Assembly: GCF_009914755.1 (NCBI RefSeq) | Contig: NC_060925.1 | Strand: one strand, 5' to 3' | Length of the DNA: 64,000 bases | DNA from: the human T2T-CHM13v2.0 reference genome, Homo sapiens | In this document: positions 35,263 through 50,450 of the stretch, in pieces | Numbering within the stretch: position 1 is the stretch's first letter | How the letters are laid out: each line of letters begins with the position of its first letter | The notes under the pieces: model-generated | The model's input: only the letters and a program-made list of their open reading frames with translations | Databases searched by the model: none | Told to the model about the DNA's origin: nothing | Made by a program: the position numbers and the translations under genes

Positions 35263-36387
35263 GTCATGTATTCTTTAATTACAGAATAAATAAGTAAGTT
35301 CTTTTATTTAAAGAAATTAAACATTTAAATTTAAAAATTTAAATGTTTAATTAAAATGTTAAATGACTTTAAATCTAAAATTTATTTCTTTAAATTTAGA
35401 GTCATTTTACCTGAAAATGTGTTTGGAAATTAAATGTAAATATTTTGAGCATATTGTTGGAAAATGCAACTAAGATATATTTTTTAAAAGTTTATACTCT
35501 TTCAAAATTTTCAGACCAGTAAGTATTCAAATACCTTTGATTTATTAACAATTATTATTATGAAATAACCAATAATGTTAATTAATATGAAACAACCCAT
35601 ATTATTATTATGAAATAACCTGCAGAAAAAGTGAGCAAGAGTAGCAATTCTTAGATAAATCTGACTTTAAGTCAAAAACAGTTTTAAAAAAGACAAAAGT
35701 CATTATATAATGCTAAAGCTATCAATTTAGCATGAGTGTATAACAATGCTAAATATATTCACCCAACACTGGAGCACCCAGATTCATAAAACAAATATTA
35801 CTAGAGCTACAGAGAGAGACATACAGCAATGTAGTAACAGTAGAGGACTTCAACACCCCACTAACAGCATTATACAGATCATCTAGACAGAAAACCAACA
35901 AACAACGGACTTAAAATTGTACTTTAAATCAAATGGACCTAACAGACATTTACAGAACATCCTTCCCAACAACTGCAGAATATGCATTCTTTTCATAAGC
36001 TCATGGAATATTCCCAATGATAAAATGTATGTTATACCACAGAACAATTCTCAACAAAGTTTTACAAATTGAGATAATATTGAGTGTCTTTTCCGACCAC
36101 AATGAAAATCAATACCAAGAGAAACTTTGAAAACTCAAAAACAAACAAACAAAAATATGTAGAAATTAAACAACATGCTCCTGAATGACCATTGGGTTAA
36201 TGAAGAAATTAAGATGAATATTTAAAAATGTTTTGAAGCAAATGAAAATAGTAACAAAGCATACTAAAACCTGTGGGATATAGCAAAACCAGTGGTAAAA
36301 AGAAAATTTATAACATTAAAAGCCTACATCAAAAAAGTAGAAAGATTACAAATTAGCAATCTGAAAGGGCACCACAAGGAACTAGAA

Positions 36388-37636
<1,249 letters not shown>

Positions 37637-40600
37637 GAAAAGCAAAAACAAACCAAACCCCAAATTATCAGGAGAAAAGAAATTACAAAGATCAGAACAG
37701 AAATAAATGTAATACAGACCAAAAAAAAAAAAGAAAAAAGGACAAAATTAAAAGTTGGTTCTTCAAATAGATAAAGAAAATTGATAAACTGCTAGCTATA
37801 CTAACAAAGAAGAGGGATGACCTAAATAAACAAAATCAGAGATAAAAAGGAGACATTGCAGCAAATATCACAGAAATACAAAAGATCACCAGAGACTATT
37901 ATAAACAACTATATGTGCACAAACCAGAAAGCCAAGAGAAAATAAATAAATTCCTGGAAACATACAACCTCCCACGACTGAACCAGAAAGAAATAGAATA
38001 CCTGAACAGACCAACAACCAACAATGAGATTAAATCAGTAATAAAAACATCTCCCAAGAAAGAAAAGCCCAGGACTAAATGAATTCACAACTGCATTCTA
38101 CCAGATGTACAAAGAATAACTAGTAGTAATCCTACTGAAACTGTTCCAAAAAATCAAGGAAGAGGGAATTCTCCCTAATTCATTCTATGAGGTCAGTACC
38201 ACCTGATACCAAAGCCAGACAAGACAAAACCAGAAAAGGAAACTAAAGACCAATATTTCTGATAAATATAGACGCAAAAATGTTCAACAAAATATTAGCA
38301 AACCAAATACAGCAGCACAAGAAAAAAGATAATACACTATAATCAGGCAGGTTTTACACCAGGGAGGCAAGGTTGGTTCAACAGACACAAATCAATAAAT
38401 GTGATACATCACCTAAACAGAATCAAGGACAAAATCACATGATCATCTCAATAAATGCATAAAAACATTCTTCATGATAAAAACCTCCCAATGAATTATG
38501 CTTAGAAGGAACATACCTCAAAATAATAAAGAACACATACAATAAATCCGCAGGTAATATTATACCCAATAGGAAAAAATTCAAAGCATTTTCTCTAAGA
38601 ATTGGAACAAAACAAGGATGCCCATTTTCACCAGTCCCATTCAACATAGCACTGGAAATCCCAGCCAGAGTAATCAGGCAAGAGAAATACATAAAAGGCA
38701 TAAAAATTGAAAAATAGAAACTCAAACTATCCCTGTTTGCTGATGATAGGATCTTATATACAGAATAACCTAAATACTCCACAGAAATCACTTAGATTTG
38801 ATAAATGAACTTAGCAGTTTCAGGATACAAAGACAACACACAAAAACCAGTAGAATGTCTTTATACCAATAACAATCTAGCAGAGAAGGAAAACAAGAAG
38901 GCAATCTCATTTATATAACTCCAAAAATTAAAATCACTAGGAATAAATTTAACCAAGGAAATGAAAGATCTCTACAGGGCGAACTAAAAAACACCAATGA
39001 AAGAAATCATAGATGACACTAACACAAAGGGAAAAACAGCCCATGCTCATGGATTGAAAGAATTAATATTGATAAAATTACCATGTTGTCCAAAACTATC
39101 TATAGATTCAGTTTGATCACAATGAAAATATCAGTGTCACATTTCACTGAATTAGGCTATAGTAGCCAAAACAGTATTGTACTGGTATAAAAATAGATAA
39201 ATAGATCAATGGAACAAAAGAGAGAAGCCAAAAATAAAGCTGCATACCTACAGCCAACTGATTTTTAGCAAAGCTAAAAAGAATATACTTTGGGAAAACA
39301 TTCTTTTCAAAAAAGGAGTTGGGAAAATTAAATTTCCATATGCAGAAGAATATTAGTGGATCCCTAACTCTCACCATATACAAAAATCAATTTAATATGG
39401 ATTAAAGACTTAAACATAAGACCCAAAACTATAAATATACCAATAAAAATGTAGAAAAAACACTTCTAGACATTGATCTAGGCAAATAATTTATGACTAA
39501 GACCTCTAAAGCAGAGACCACAAAATCAAAAATAGACAAAATGGACTTAATTAAACTAAAAATCTACTATAAAGCAAAATCAATAATCAATAGAGTGCAT
39601 GGACAACCTGCAGAACAGGAGAAAATATTTGCCAACTACTAATCCATCAGGGGACTAATATCCAGATAATTCAAGGAACTCAAGCTACTCAACAATAAGA
39701 ACAAAATACCCCCAAATGATCCCATTAAATTGTGGGCAAAGGATATGAACAAATATTTTTAGAATAAGACACATAAATGGCCAACAGACATATGAAAAAT
39801 GTTCAACATCACTACTCATCAGAAAAATGCAAACTAAAACCACAAAGTGATAGAATCTTACCTCAGTCAGTATGATGATTATTAAAAAGAAATAAATAAC
39901 TGATATGGGTAAGGATGTGAAGAAAAGAGAACTAAATACACTGTTAGTGGGAATGTAAATTGGTGCAGCAACTATGGACAAGAGTATTAAGGTATCATGA
40001 AGAACTAAAGTAGAACTATCATTAGATCCAGCAATACCCCTGTTGGGTATCTACTCAAAAGAAAATAAATCATTATATCAAAAAGATATTGGTAGTATGT
40101 TTATTGCAGTACTATTCATAATAACAAAGATGTGGAAACAACCTAAGGGTCCATCAATGAATGATTGGATTTTTTAAATGTGGTACGTATACATAATAAA
40201 ATATTATTCTGCTATAAAAAAACAATAAAATTATGTCTTTTGCAACAACATGGATGAACCTAAAGGACATTATCTTAAGAGAAATAAGCTAGGCATGGAA
40301 AGTCAAATATCTCATGTTCTCACTAGTAAGTGGGTGCTAAAAAACGTGTACACACAGATTTAGAGAGTGGAATGTTAGGCAATGGAGACACAGAGGGTTG
40401 GGGAGTCTAGGGATGAATGATGGGAAATTAAAGGGTATGATATAAATTATTTGGATAGTGAATACCCTAAAATCCCTGACCTGACCATTATCCAATCTGT
40501 ACATATAAAAAATTGCATATATACCTCATAAATTTGTTTTTAAAAAGTGTGAAATATAAGATGACTAAAGACTTTCTGGTTTGGAACTAAAAATTAATAT

Positions 40601-40688
40601 AAATTTACTAAATATTCAACTTAGTTAGAAAGATAATTTAAAAATAAACCCCAAGGAAATCATGAGTGTGTGAAAATGAGAAGAAAAA

Positions 40689-41043
40689 GGCTGGGCATGG
40701 TGGCTCACACCTGTAATCCCAGCATTTTGGGAGGCCGAGGCAGGCGGATCACCTGAGGTCGGGAGTTCGAGACCAGCCTGACCAACATGGAGAAACCCTG
40801 TATCCACTGAAAATACAAAAAAAAAAAAAAAATAAATAAAGAATTAGCCGGGCATAGTGGCGCATGCCTGTAATCCCAGCTACTCGGAAGGCTGAGGCAG
40901 GAGAATGGCTTGAACCCGAGAGGGGAGGTTGCAGTGAGCCTAGATCGTGCCATTGCACTCCAGCATGGGCAACAGGAGTGAAACTCCATCTCAAAAAAAA
41001 AAAAAAAAAGAAAAAAAAAGAAAGAAAAGAAAGAAAAAAGAAA
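40689..41043 (+). mobile_element. AluSp
   Basis: gaggtcgggagttcgagaccagcctgaccaacatggagaaacc; 17-bp TSD gaaaatgagaagaaaaa at 40672-40688 and 41044-41060; expanded linker and tail. Confidence 0.95.
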
Positions 41044-41199
41044 GAAAATGAGAAGAAAAAAATAAATTAGTAAATTTTTTAAAAGCACAAATAAAAGCAC
41101 AGTTTTTAAAATAATATAGACAAATGTTCTGAAAATCTCTTGCTATTTTGCTTAAAGTAACAAGAAAGAAAAAAGAATGATTATAAACAGGAATCTATG

Positions 41200-41597
41200 A
41201 TGGGCTTTGCAATGCATTAACCACATCACTCTTCAAGGGAATACTCTTTATCCTGCCTTTGGGTGTGCTGTGAAAGGATGACTTTCAGCTGTCAACTCCT
41301 TCATAGACTCCTCTCCCAAGAGCATGTCCTTTCCTCACAGCCAAGGACTGATCAAGGTGAAGGTATAAAGTTCTGGCTATTCACGGTGGGATAACCAGAA
41401 GGACCATTTCAGCTCAGAAGGAACTAATTAGGTCAGCTGAGGCTCTCAATCCAGTTAAAATATCTTGACTTCTGCCCTACTCTGCTTCTACCCCTGCCAT
41501 CCACAGGTGTTGATGTCAAAAGCACTCTCTATAAACTTTTGAACACTAAACAAAAAAACACTAAAGGTTTCTGCCTCCCAGAAACCCCAACTTGTTT
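41200..41597 (+). mobile_element. LTR16-like ERVL LTR
   Basis: cagctgtcaactccttca..ggtataaag..ctgaggct..cacaggtgttgat..gcactctctataaac..tctgcctcccagaaaccc. Confidence 0.6.
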
Positions 41598-42153
41598 CAG
41601 AATTTGTAACTTATATTCATGAGTTTTTTAAATAAAGAAGCATACTAGTTATCATTTTATGCTAATAAATATTAAAATACTGATTTTCAGGAAACATATT
41701 TATTACTAAATTCATTCATGTAGGAAAAGGAAACTAATAAAATTACCAAATAATTACCCATCAACACCCCAAATCCTCCAGGACCAGTAGTTCAGTTCAT
41801 TTTATTAGCATTTTTAGAAATATAAAATTTGTTAGAATAGACAAAAACAGGTTTGAAAACTACACAGTTCAATTTATGAAGCAAGTTATTCATATAAACA
41901 ATGAAAATATGGCAGGAAAAAGAAAAATAGATCAGGGTCTCAAACACAAATGCCTAATCAAGACCAGGAATATGACACAAATATTTGACTCAGGTCATGC
42001 ATATTTTAATACAACGAAGTGGAGTCCATGAACAACTGTAATGTGTAAGCCTTACATAAAAACAATAGTAAAAAAAATAACAATAATAATAATATAGGAA
42101 AAATGAGGTGAAGTGATAACATTTAGAGACCCTGCTATATAAAATGCATGGTA

Positions 42154-42450
42154 TGGCTGGGTGCAGTGGCTCACGCCTGTAATGCCAGCACTTTGGGAGG
42201 CTGAGGCAGGCAAATCATCTGAGGTTGGGAGTTCTAGACCAGCCTGACCAACATGGAGAAACCCTGTCTCTACTAAAAATGCAAAATTAGCTGGGTGTAG
42301 TAGCATATGACTGTAATCCCAGCTACTCAGGAGGCTGAGGTAGGAAAATCACTTGAACCCAGGGGCAGAGGTTGCGGTGAGCCAAGAGCCTGCCATTGCA
42401 CTCCAGCCTGGGCAACAAGAGCAAAACTCTGTCAAAAAAAAAAAAAAAAA
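42154..42450 (+). mobile_element. AluSp
   Basis: gaggttgggag..cctgaccaacatggagaaacc..ggcaacaagagc; poly(A). Confidence 0.92.
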
Positions 42451-42454
42451 GCAC

Positions 42455-42645
42455 TGTTTAGGCACTTTTAATGTAGTAAATGAAAAATATACTAATATAA
42501 TCATTTAAAGCAGCTGTTACTTTTATCTTGGTTTTACAGATGCCAAAATGGAGGGAGAAAATTTAAGTTAGTTTTGTAAAGTTATATAAACATTATTATT
42601 GAATTATGTTTTTGAGCCCAGGCAGTCTGGCTCCAGAGCCTCCTA
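42455..42645 (-). mobile_element. MIR fragment
   Basis: ttttacagatg..tttgagcccaggcagtctggctccagagcc. Confidence 0.6.
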
Positions 42646-43559
42646 CTTCTTGTTTTTTCAGTCTCACTGCATAAATATTTCAGTAAACACGTACACACAT
42701 ATATGCACGCTTAAGGCAGATCTTTCCTACCATGCCCACTTTAAACAATTATACTTAATGTATATTAAATATCCTAATAATATTTCAATCCAATCCAGTA
42801 ATAAGTAATTTTAATTCAAACCAGTAATAATACAATTATCCTCCACTATAAACATGTATTTTTCCCTAAGAAATGAAGAATTTAAAATTAGTACTACTAG
42901 TAGTAGTAAATCAATTGTTGTAATCATCAATAAGACAAAAGGCAGAAAGTGTCTCCAACTGTATCATATGAAAACTAGCAGTCATCAAATGGATAGAAGA
43001 AAGAACAAATAAATAGAACTCTAGTCCTGTTTTTCTCCCCTTAGGGTTGGAAAGACTTCTTAAGTAACACAACATCCCAGAATTCATTCAAGAAAAATTA
43101 ACATGATTTGTCTATAATTATATATTAAAATTAATTATATATTAGAACTAGTAATTACATATTAAAATTACATATTAAAGTCAAAAATGTCTATTTGGTA
43201 AAAGGCACCACATATAAAGTTAAAAGACAAAAAACAAAGATGAAAGATAAATATTTGCACTATATACAGAAAAGGATGAAAACATCTATGATACAGAAAG
43301 TAAATATGTATTATATTAAAACATAAATATAGCACATTACATATGTAGTATATGTTACATGTATTACAATCTGCATATACATATAATATAAATTTACAAT
43401 GTAAGGAGTTTCTACAAAGTAGTAACAAAGCATCAAACAGCTAAACTCAGCCCGATTTCTCCAGAAAGCAAAGCTGAGACAATAAAATACCCATGTACTC
43501 CTACTTTATTTGGTAGCATAGATAACTGAGTGTGAGAAGAATGTGACTAGCATATGCCC

Positions 43560-46500
43560 AAGCTATACTAATCACATACATTTTAGGAAACACCCCAATA
43601 TAGTATTGTGACTCATCCAAGCATTCTTGCTGAAATGTTGAAGTCTGAAGCACAGGTGAGTATCCCAATGTCAAAAAGTTCTTCTTTTTCCAGCCTAAAA
43701 ATCTACTCTCTTCTTTCAACCTTCTTAATATCCTTCCCCATATGTTTTCCCTTGGTCCTTGCTGGCATATATTAACTAGTTCCTTCAACTTTTTTGTGTT
43801 TAAGCTATTTCTTCTGGAGCTTAGACTGTACTTTCCAACTCAGACTACGAAAACTGATCCTGGCACAATAAGGACTGGGAGGTGTAAGCATCATCTAACA
43901 CAGCATCTGCTTTCAGACAAGGCCACAGCATAACCGCATAACCTCGAGGCAAGGAAAAGTCAGTTTCTTCTGGAAAGTGGGAGTGGGGAGGTATTTCTAC
44001 TGACCTAGAAATTTCAGGGAAATTGATATGTTCATTATTCTCAGGCCCTTTATTCAAACATCCCCATCTCAGGCCTAGGGTCTCTTCCATGTCTTGTCAG
44101 TGTCTGACTTTCACATAAGAGACTTTTGAAGCTGCACGTTCAATCTCTTTTGTGCCTCTGAAGCATTACAATTAGATGTTAAGGCTATTTTCAACACAGT
44201 CTCTCTTGCGCTCTCTTTCGCTCTAGATATATATATGTATATATATGTGTGTGTGTGTATATATATGTATATGTGTGTATATATGTATATGTGTATATAT
44301 ATGTATGTGTCTGTATACGTGTATATATACACATATACACACACGAGGAAGAGACTCTAGGCTCACATATAAATATATGGAGAGAGAGAGAGGGAGATTT
44401 CATATACTTTCATATACTTATATATATTAAAAAAATCAAGGACTGTATATATATTTATATATTATATATAATTATATATTAAATATATTATATATTATAT
44501 ATAATTATATATTACATATATTTATATATTACATATATTTATATATTACATATAATTATATATTACATATATTTATATATTACATATATTATATATTACA
44601 TATATTTATATATTACATATAATTATATGTTACATGTATCTACTTATTATATATAATTATATATTACATATATTTATATATTATATAATTATATATTACA
44701 TATATTTATATATTATATAATTATATATTACATATATTTATATATTATATATCATTATATATAACATATATTTATATATTATATATCATTATATATAACA
44801 TATATTTATATATTATATATCATTATATATATTACAAATATATATTATATATCATTATATATTACATATATTTATATATTATATATCATTATATATATTA
44901 CATATATTTATATATTATATATCATTATATATTACATATATTTATATATTATATATCATTATATATATTACATATATTTATACATTATATATCATTATAT
45001 ATTACATATATTTATATATTATATATCATTATATATATTACATATATTTATATATTATGTATCATTATATATAACATATATTTATATATTATATATCATT
45101 ACATATTACATATATTTATATATTATTTATAATTATATATTACATATATTTATACATTGTATATAATTATATATATTACATACATTTATAATTATATATA
45201 ATTATATATATTACATATATTTATATATTATATATAATTATATATATTACATATATTTATATATTATATAGAATTATATATTACATATATTTATATATTA
45301 TATAGAATTATATATTACATATATTTATATATTATATAGAATTATATATTATACAATTATATATAATATATATTTATATCATTAAAAATAAAATAAATAA
45401 ATAAAATAAATAAATAAAAATGAATACCTAAATTTATATATATTTTATATATAAATTATATATAATATTTATATATAATTATATATTACATATGAATATA
45501 TAATATAAACTTGTATATTATATATAAAATATATAATTATATATTATATAATACTTATATAACATATATTTTATATATAATATATAATATAATTATATAT
45601 TATATAATAATTATATGATATATAATATATTATATATTATATAAAATTATATATTTATATATTATATATACTTATATATATTTATATATTATATATACTT
45701 ATATATATTTATATATTATATATACTTATATATATTTATATATTATATATACTTATATATATTTATATATTATATATACTTATATATTTATATATTATAT
45801 ATACTTATATATATTTATATATTATATATACTTATATATTTATATATTATATATACTTGTATATATTTATATATTATATATACTTATATATATTTATATA
45901 TTATATATAATTATACATTATGTATATTTATATATTATATATAAATATATATTGCATATGTTTATATATTATGTATATTTATATATTATATATATTTATA
46001 TATTATGCATATATATTATATATATATTATATATTATATATGTTTATATATTATGTATATTTATATATTATGCATATTTATATATTATATATAATATAAT
46101 TATATATATAATATAAATATATAAAATAATAAATATATAAATATAATATTATTATAGACATATTTATATATTATTTATATATATTTATTATTTTATATAA
46201 TCATATATAATATATAAAATATTATATATAATCATATATAATATATAAAATATTATATATAATATACAAAATATTATATATTATTTATTATTTATATATT
46301 ATATATAACATATTATATATAATATATAATATATAACATATATTATATATTATTTACAATATATAATATATAATATATAATATAATCTATTACATATAAT
46401 ATATAATATATTATATTATATGATATATTATATATTATATATAATATATTATATTATATGATATATTATATATAATATATAATATATTAATATTATATTA

Positions 46501-47050
46501 TATAATACATTATATATAATATATAATATATTAATATTTTATTATATAATATATTATATATAATATATAATATATTTACATTATATATATCATATTATAT
46601 ATATAATATATTATGTATTATATATAATATATCACATATAATATATTATAATATATATATAATACATAATATATATTATATATGATATAATAATTATTAT
46701 TATATAATTATATAAGATATATAATTTATATATATTATATATAACATATATAATTATTATATATAATATATATTATATATTATAATGTATTATATATAAT
46801 ATATATATTTATATAATTATATAATCCAAATGGAGTGGCTCAAGAGAGAGAAAGACTTTATCATATAAGATGTATATAAGATTTTATTTTATGATAATAA
46901 CCTCTTGTGTACCAAGGATTATAGGAGGACTATAGCCACTCCACTTGCCACCTACCTTGGGGTTCCTATTGCCTTTAGAATGATGAGTAATCTAGCTTCA
47001 AATCTCATTCTGAGGCCTCTGTGTTCTAGAGTCATTCTTGGTATTTATTT
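43560..47050 (-). mobile_element. ERVL internal (gag) remnant split by a 2.6-kb AT-rich expansion
   Basis: minus ORF QQGPRENIWGRILR resembles ERVL gag Q..GE.VWEWILR; ERVL-like sequence resumes after 46830 (ccactccacttg..ttctagagtcattcttggta). Confidence 0.5.
44225..46825. repeat. ~2.6-kb composite AT-rich low-complexity/minisatellite array
   Basis: (TA/TG)n, then a 34-36-nt unit catatatttatatattatatatcattatatatta, (AAAT)n near 45385-45420, a 25-27-nt unit tatttatatattatatatacttatata, then degenerate AT. Confidence 0.95.
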
Positions 47051-47643
47051 TTCGTTCTGTCTCACTCTTGTGAAAATTGTGTCTCAGGGGACTTTAACTT
47101 TCCCAGACTACTGGATTATACATACATGATTCCAAACAGATCTTGTGAGGTCGAAGCTAAGGGGCTCATCAAATAGGCATGAGTTGAGGAATCATTGCAT
47201 GATTCCCGCATAACTCAGTCAGAGCTCATACAGAATTGGTCGCCCTAGTAGTGTATTGAACAACACAAATGTCCAAGGTCTCAGAATATGTTAGATGAAA
47301 TGAATATGAAGTACTACATAAATGGTATCTGCTCTACATCCAGGCAGTTCACAGAAGATAACTACAAAAATGGCCAATAAACATACCTTGTTATGTGCAC
47401 AAGTTCACTATCAGGAAAGCATGTTGTAAAATAATAATGAGAAATTTACCATCCATCATATCGGCAAACATTAAAAAGACTGATAATTTTTAGTTTTAAT
47501 ATAAATTTATAAAAATGGTCTTCCCAGTGATAAGTATTCCATGGCAAGTAGAGCACAGAATCTAGATCATAGCTGGCAACTTTGCAAAATTCTGCCATTA
47601 CACCTTTCTCTTACACATGAAACACAGTTCTCCTCAAGGAAGG

Positions 47644-48029
47644 TGATATGATTTAGCTCTGTGTCCTCACCCAAATTTCACCTCAAGTTGTAATCCCTAT
47701 GTGTCCGTGGAGAGTCCTGATGGGAGGTGAATGAATCATGGGGGTGGACTTCCTCCTTGCTGTTCTGGTGATAGTGAGTGAGTTCTCAGGAGATCTGGTT
47801 GTTTGAAAGTGTCTGGCACCTACCCCTTTGCTCTCTCTCTTTCCTGCTCCACCATTGTCCGACTTGCTTGCTTCCCTTTCACCTTCCACCATGACTGTAA
47901 GTTTCCTGAAGCCTCCTAGCCATGCTTCCTGTACAGCCTATGGAACTGTGAGTCAATTAAACCTCTTTTCTTCACAAATTACCCAGTCTCAAGTAGTTCT
48001 TTATGGCAATGTGAGAATGGACTAATACA
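47644..48029 (+). mobile_element. THE1D-like MaLR solo LTR
   Basis: tgatatg..ctgtgtcctcacccaaat..gaactgtgagtcaattaaacctctt..ggactaataca; 5-bp TSD gaagg at 47639-47643 and 48030-48034. Confidence 0.9.
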
Positions 48030-48034
48030 GAAGG

Positions 48035-49540
48035 TAAATCCAGTTATCTTTTCTAGCTCAAACTCCAAAACCTCATGCTCAGTACCACCCTTCTGGTTCG
48101 AATATCACTCTTTATAATCCAGTAAATTATAAATTAGAAAGATAAATTATTTGTCTTCTGCTCCACACCGAAAATAAAGTGCTGAGGCAGAGGCAGGATA
48201 TCTGCATTAAAATCTCTCTTTTGGAAAGAAAAAGTGGGAATACCTAACTGCAAGTGATTCATAAAAGTAATGGAATTCTGCTGGTCAGGCATTGTGAGAA
48301 ATCTTTCCTTCGGACTTTTCCAGTGCCCTCATGGATATTCTGCTTTCTGGGAGGAATTCTTTTATACATTGTTCAACCTAATGCCTTCCGAGTGGCTCTT
48401 CCCCATATATTATTTTCTCTGGAAAAATCTCAGTCAAAGCCTTTTTCATGTCAGACTCATGGTTTATCCAGCAATACAATTACAAAGATTAATGAACTTC
48501 TAATCAAGTTTCTTGTAGCCATTTTCATTTGTCAGTAACCTCATCAAAAACTATTTCTTGGACATAGTTCACATGCTGACTTTTTTCCTTGCTTTGTCAT
48601 CTAAATGCCTCTTTTCAATTTGATTATAGCTACTGGCATCTGAAACAACAGACTTAGAGTGAAAGAAAACTCCTTAATATGATCTCTACCTCAAATATAA
48701 ACCTATTTGTCTAACTGGAACAATTTAATGGGGTTTTATAGCACTACACTTTTTTAAAGTTTATTTTCAGTTATTTGGGGTTTCAAAAACAGATTGCTTT
48801 TCCAACTCTACAAGAACAAAATTCTTGAATTTTCATAATTTTCTTTTATTTCTTCTCTTAAACCACTTAATACCTGCCTTAGCTCATATCTTTTCTAGTA
48901 CCTTGTTACATAGAGCAAATAACAATACACTATAACTTTTTTGAGTTTTCTAATCTCTTTCCTTAGAGGTACAGGTTCTGTGGGTACCTGGCTTGTCTTG
49001 ATGGTTAGAACAGAAGGTAATTTGTTAAAGGTTTTGATTTCTTATAATAGGGTCTCTATATTTCTAACCTCCAACACCTGTTTTCTCCTTAACACAAAAT
49101 GTTAAGCCAGTGTAACATATTTTTTGGTTTTGTTATAATAAGAAGACTTGACTTCAAGGTACTAATATCTGTACTATTTGGGAAAAAACTAATGGTTGTA
49201 GCAAATAAATATATTAATTCATTGGTAGTTTATTTTTAACTCATAACAGGCTGAGACAAGTGCTCCTGGTCTGTCGTGGCTTTCTGCAACATAATGACCC
49301 ATGACCCTAGCTCATCTCATCTTTTGACAGCACCATCTAGGTTTCAGTAGATGAAAAAGTAAAAGGTGTGACAAAGCACACTAGCTTTTTAAAACCTATG
49401 TCTTGGAAGTAAAAACATCCATTTTATTTGCTTTTTATTGATGAGAACTCTTGACAATGCCATGATGTAAAGCGAACTGAGAAATTAAGTTACTTTGCTG
49501 GACAAAAATTTTCCATTGACAATTCCCTTAGAACTATGAA
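48035..49540 (-). mobile_element. old MLT1 internal plus LTR remnant
   Basis: ggtactaatatctgtactat internal/LTR junction near 49158-49177; downstream ttggaagt..ttttattgatgagaact LTR-like. Confidence 0.45.
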
Positions 49541-49642
49541 TAGAATATAAATTCTATGAAATAGAAAGAGTAAAATGAATTGTATTGGTCAGGAAGCCAA
49601 CTCTGCTATGGATGTCTTTGAACTTTAAAAAAATTTCATTCC

Positions 49643-49976
49643 CTGAAATCATGTCTTTTGCAGCAACATGGATGCAAGTGGAAGCCATTACCCTAAGCAA
49701 ACTAATGGAGGAACAGAAAACCAAATACTGCCCTTATAAGTGGGAGCTAAATATCAGGTACACAGGGACATAAAGATGGGAACAAGGGACACTGGGGACT
49801 GCAAGAGGGAGAGGAAGGGAGGGAGTGGGGCAAAGGCTGAAAAACTATCTTTTGGGTATTAGGCTCACTACCTGGGTGACGAGTTCAATTGTATCCCAAG
49901 CCTCAGCATCACACAATATACCCTTGTAACAAATGTGCACATGTACTCCCTGAATCTAAAATAAAAGTAGAAAAGA
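49643..49976 (+). mobile_element. L1PA16-like 3'-end fragment
   Basis: EIMSFAATWM..KTKY ORF2 end; aaagatgggaacaa..gctcactacctgggtgac..ccctgaatctaaaataaaagt. Confidence 0.85.
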
Positions 49977-50224
49977 AAATTTGTTCTCTATCCAAAAGTT
50001 TTATTAAGGAGGAAGCCATGTTTTATTTGTCTTTTCATTACCCTCCAGTCATTTACCTTGAATAAACAGCAGAAGATTTGAATAAACAATAAAGACTGAA
50101 TTATTTATTTGATGTTGCTGTATAGTAGGCTATGAGTATCTGTACACATACATAAACACATAATTTTTACTCTTGCCAACCATGCATTGTAGAGTATATG
50201 AACTAAGATAGTCAATAAAGGAAA

Positions 50225-50450
50225 CAGTCTGTGGTGGTAGATAGGGAAAGGGCTTTGCAGCAAGATAGATCTGGTTTGAAGGCTAACTCAAACACTAAGC
50301 AAGTAGTAGGGACCTGGGCAAAATACTTAACATTTCTGAGTTGTTTTCTCATTTTTAAAGTGTGGGAATAATACCTAAATCGGGTAGAAAATTTTCACAT
50401 TATAGCTAATGTATAAAGTTCTTAAAAGTGCTTGCTTTAGCATAAGTTTT
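50225..50450 (+). mobile_element. MIR
   Basis: gggctttgcag..gacctgggcaaaatacttaac..ttttctcatttttaaagtgtgggaataatacct. Confidence 0.7.

Noticed and set aside
44111-44482. Overlapping Tyr/Ile/Cys/Val ORFs
   Set aside because: Translations of (TA/TG)n microsatellite sequence
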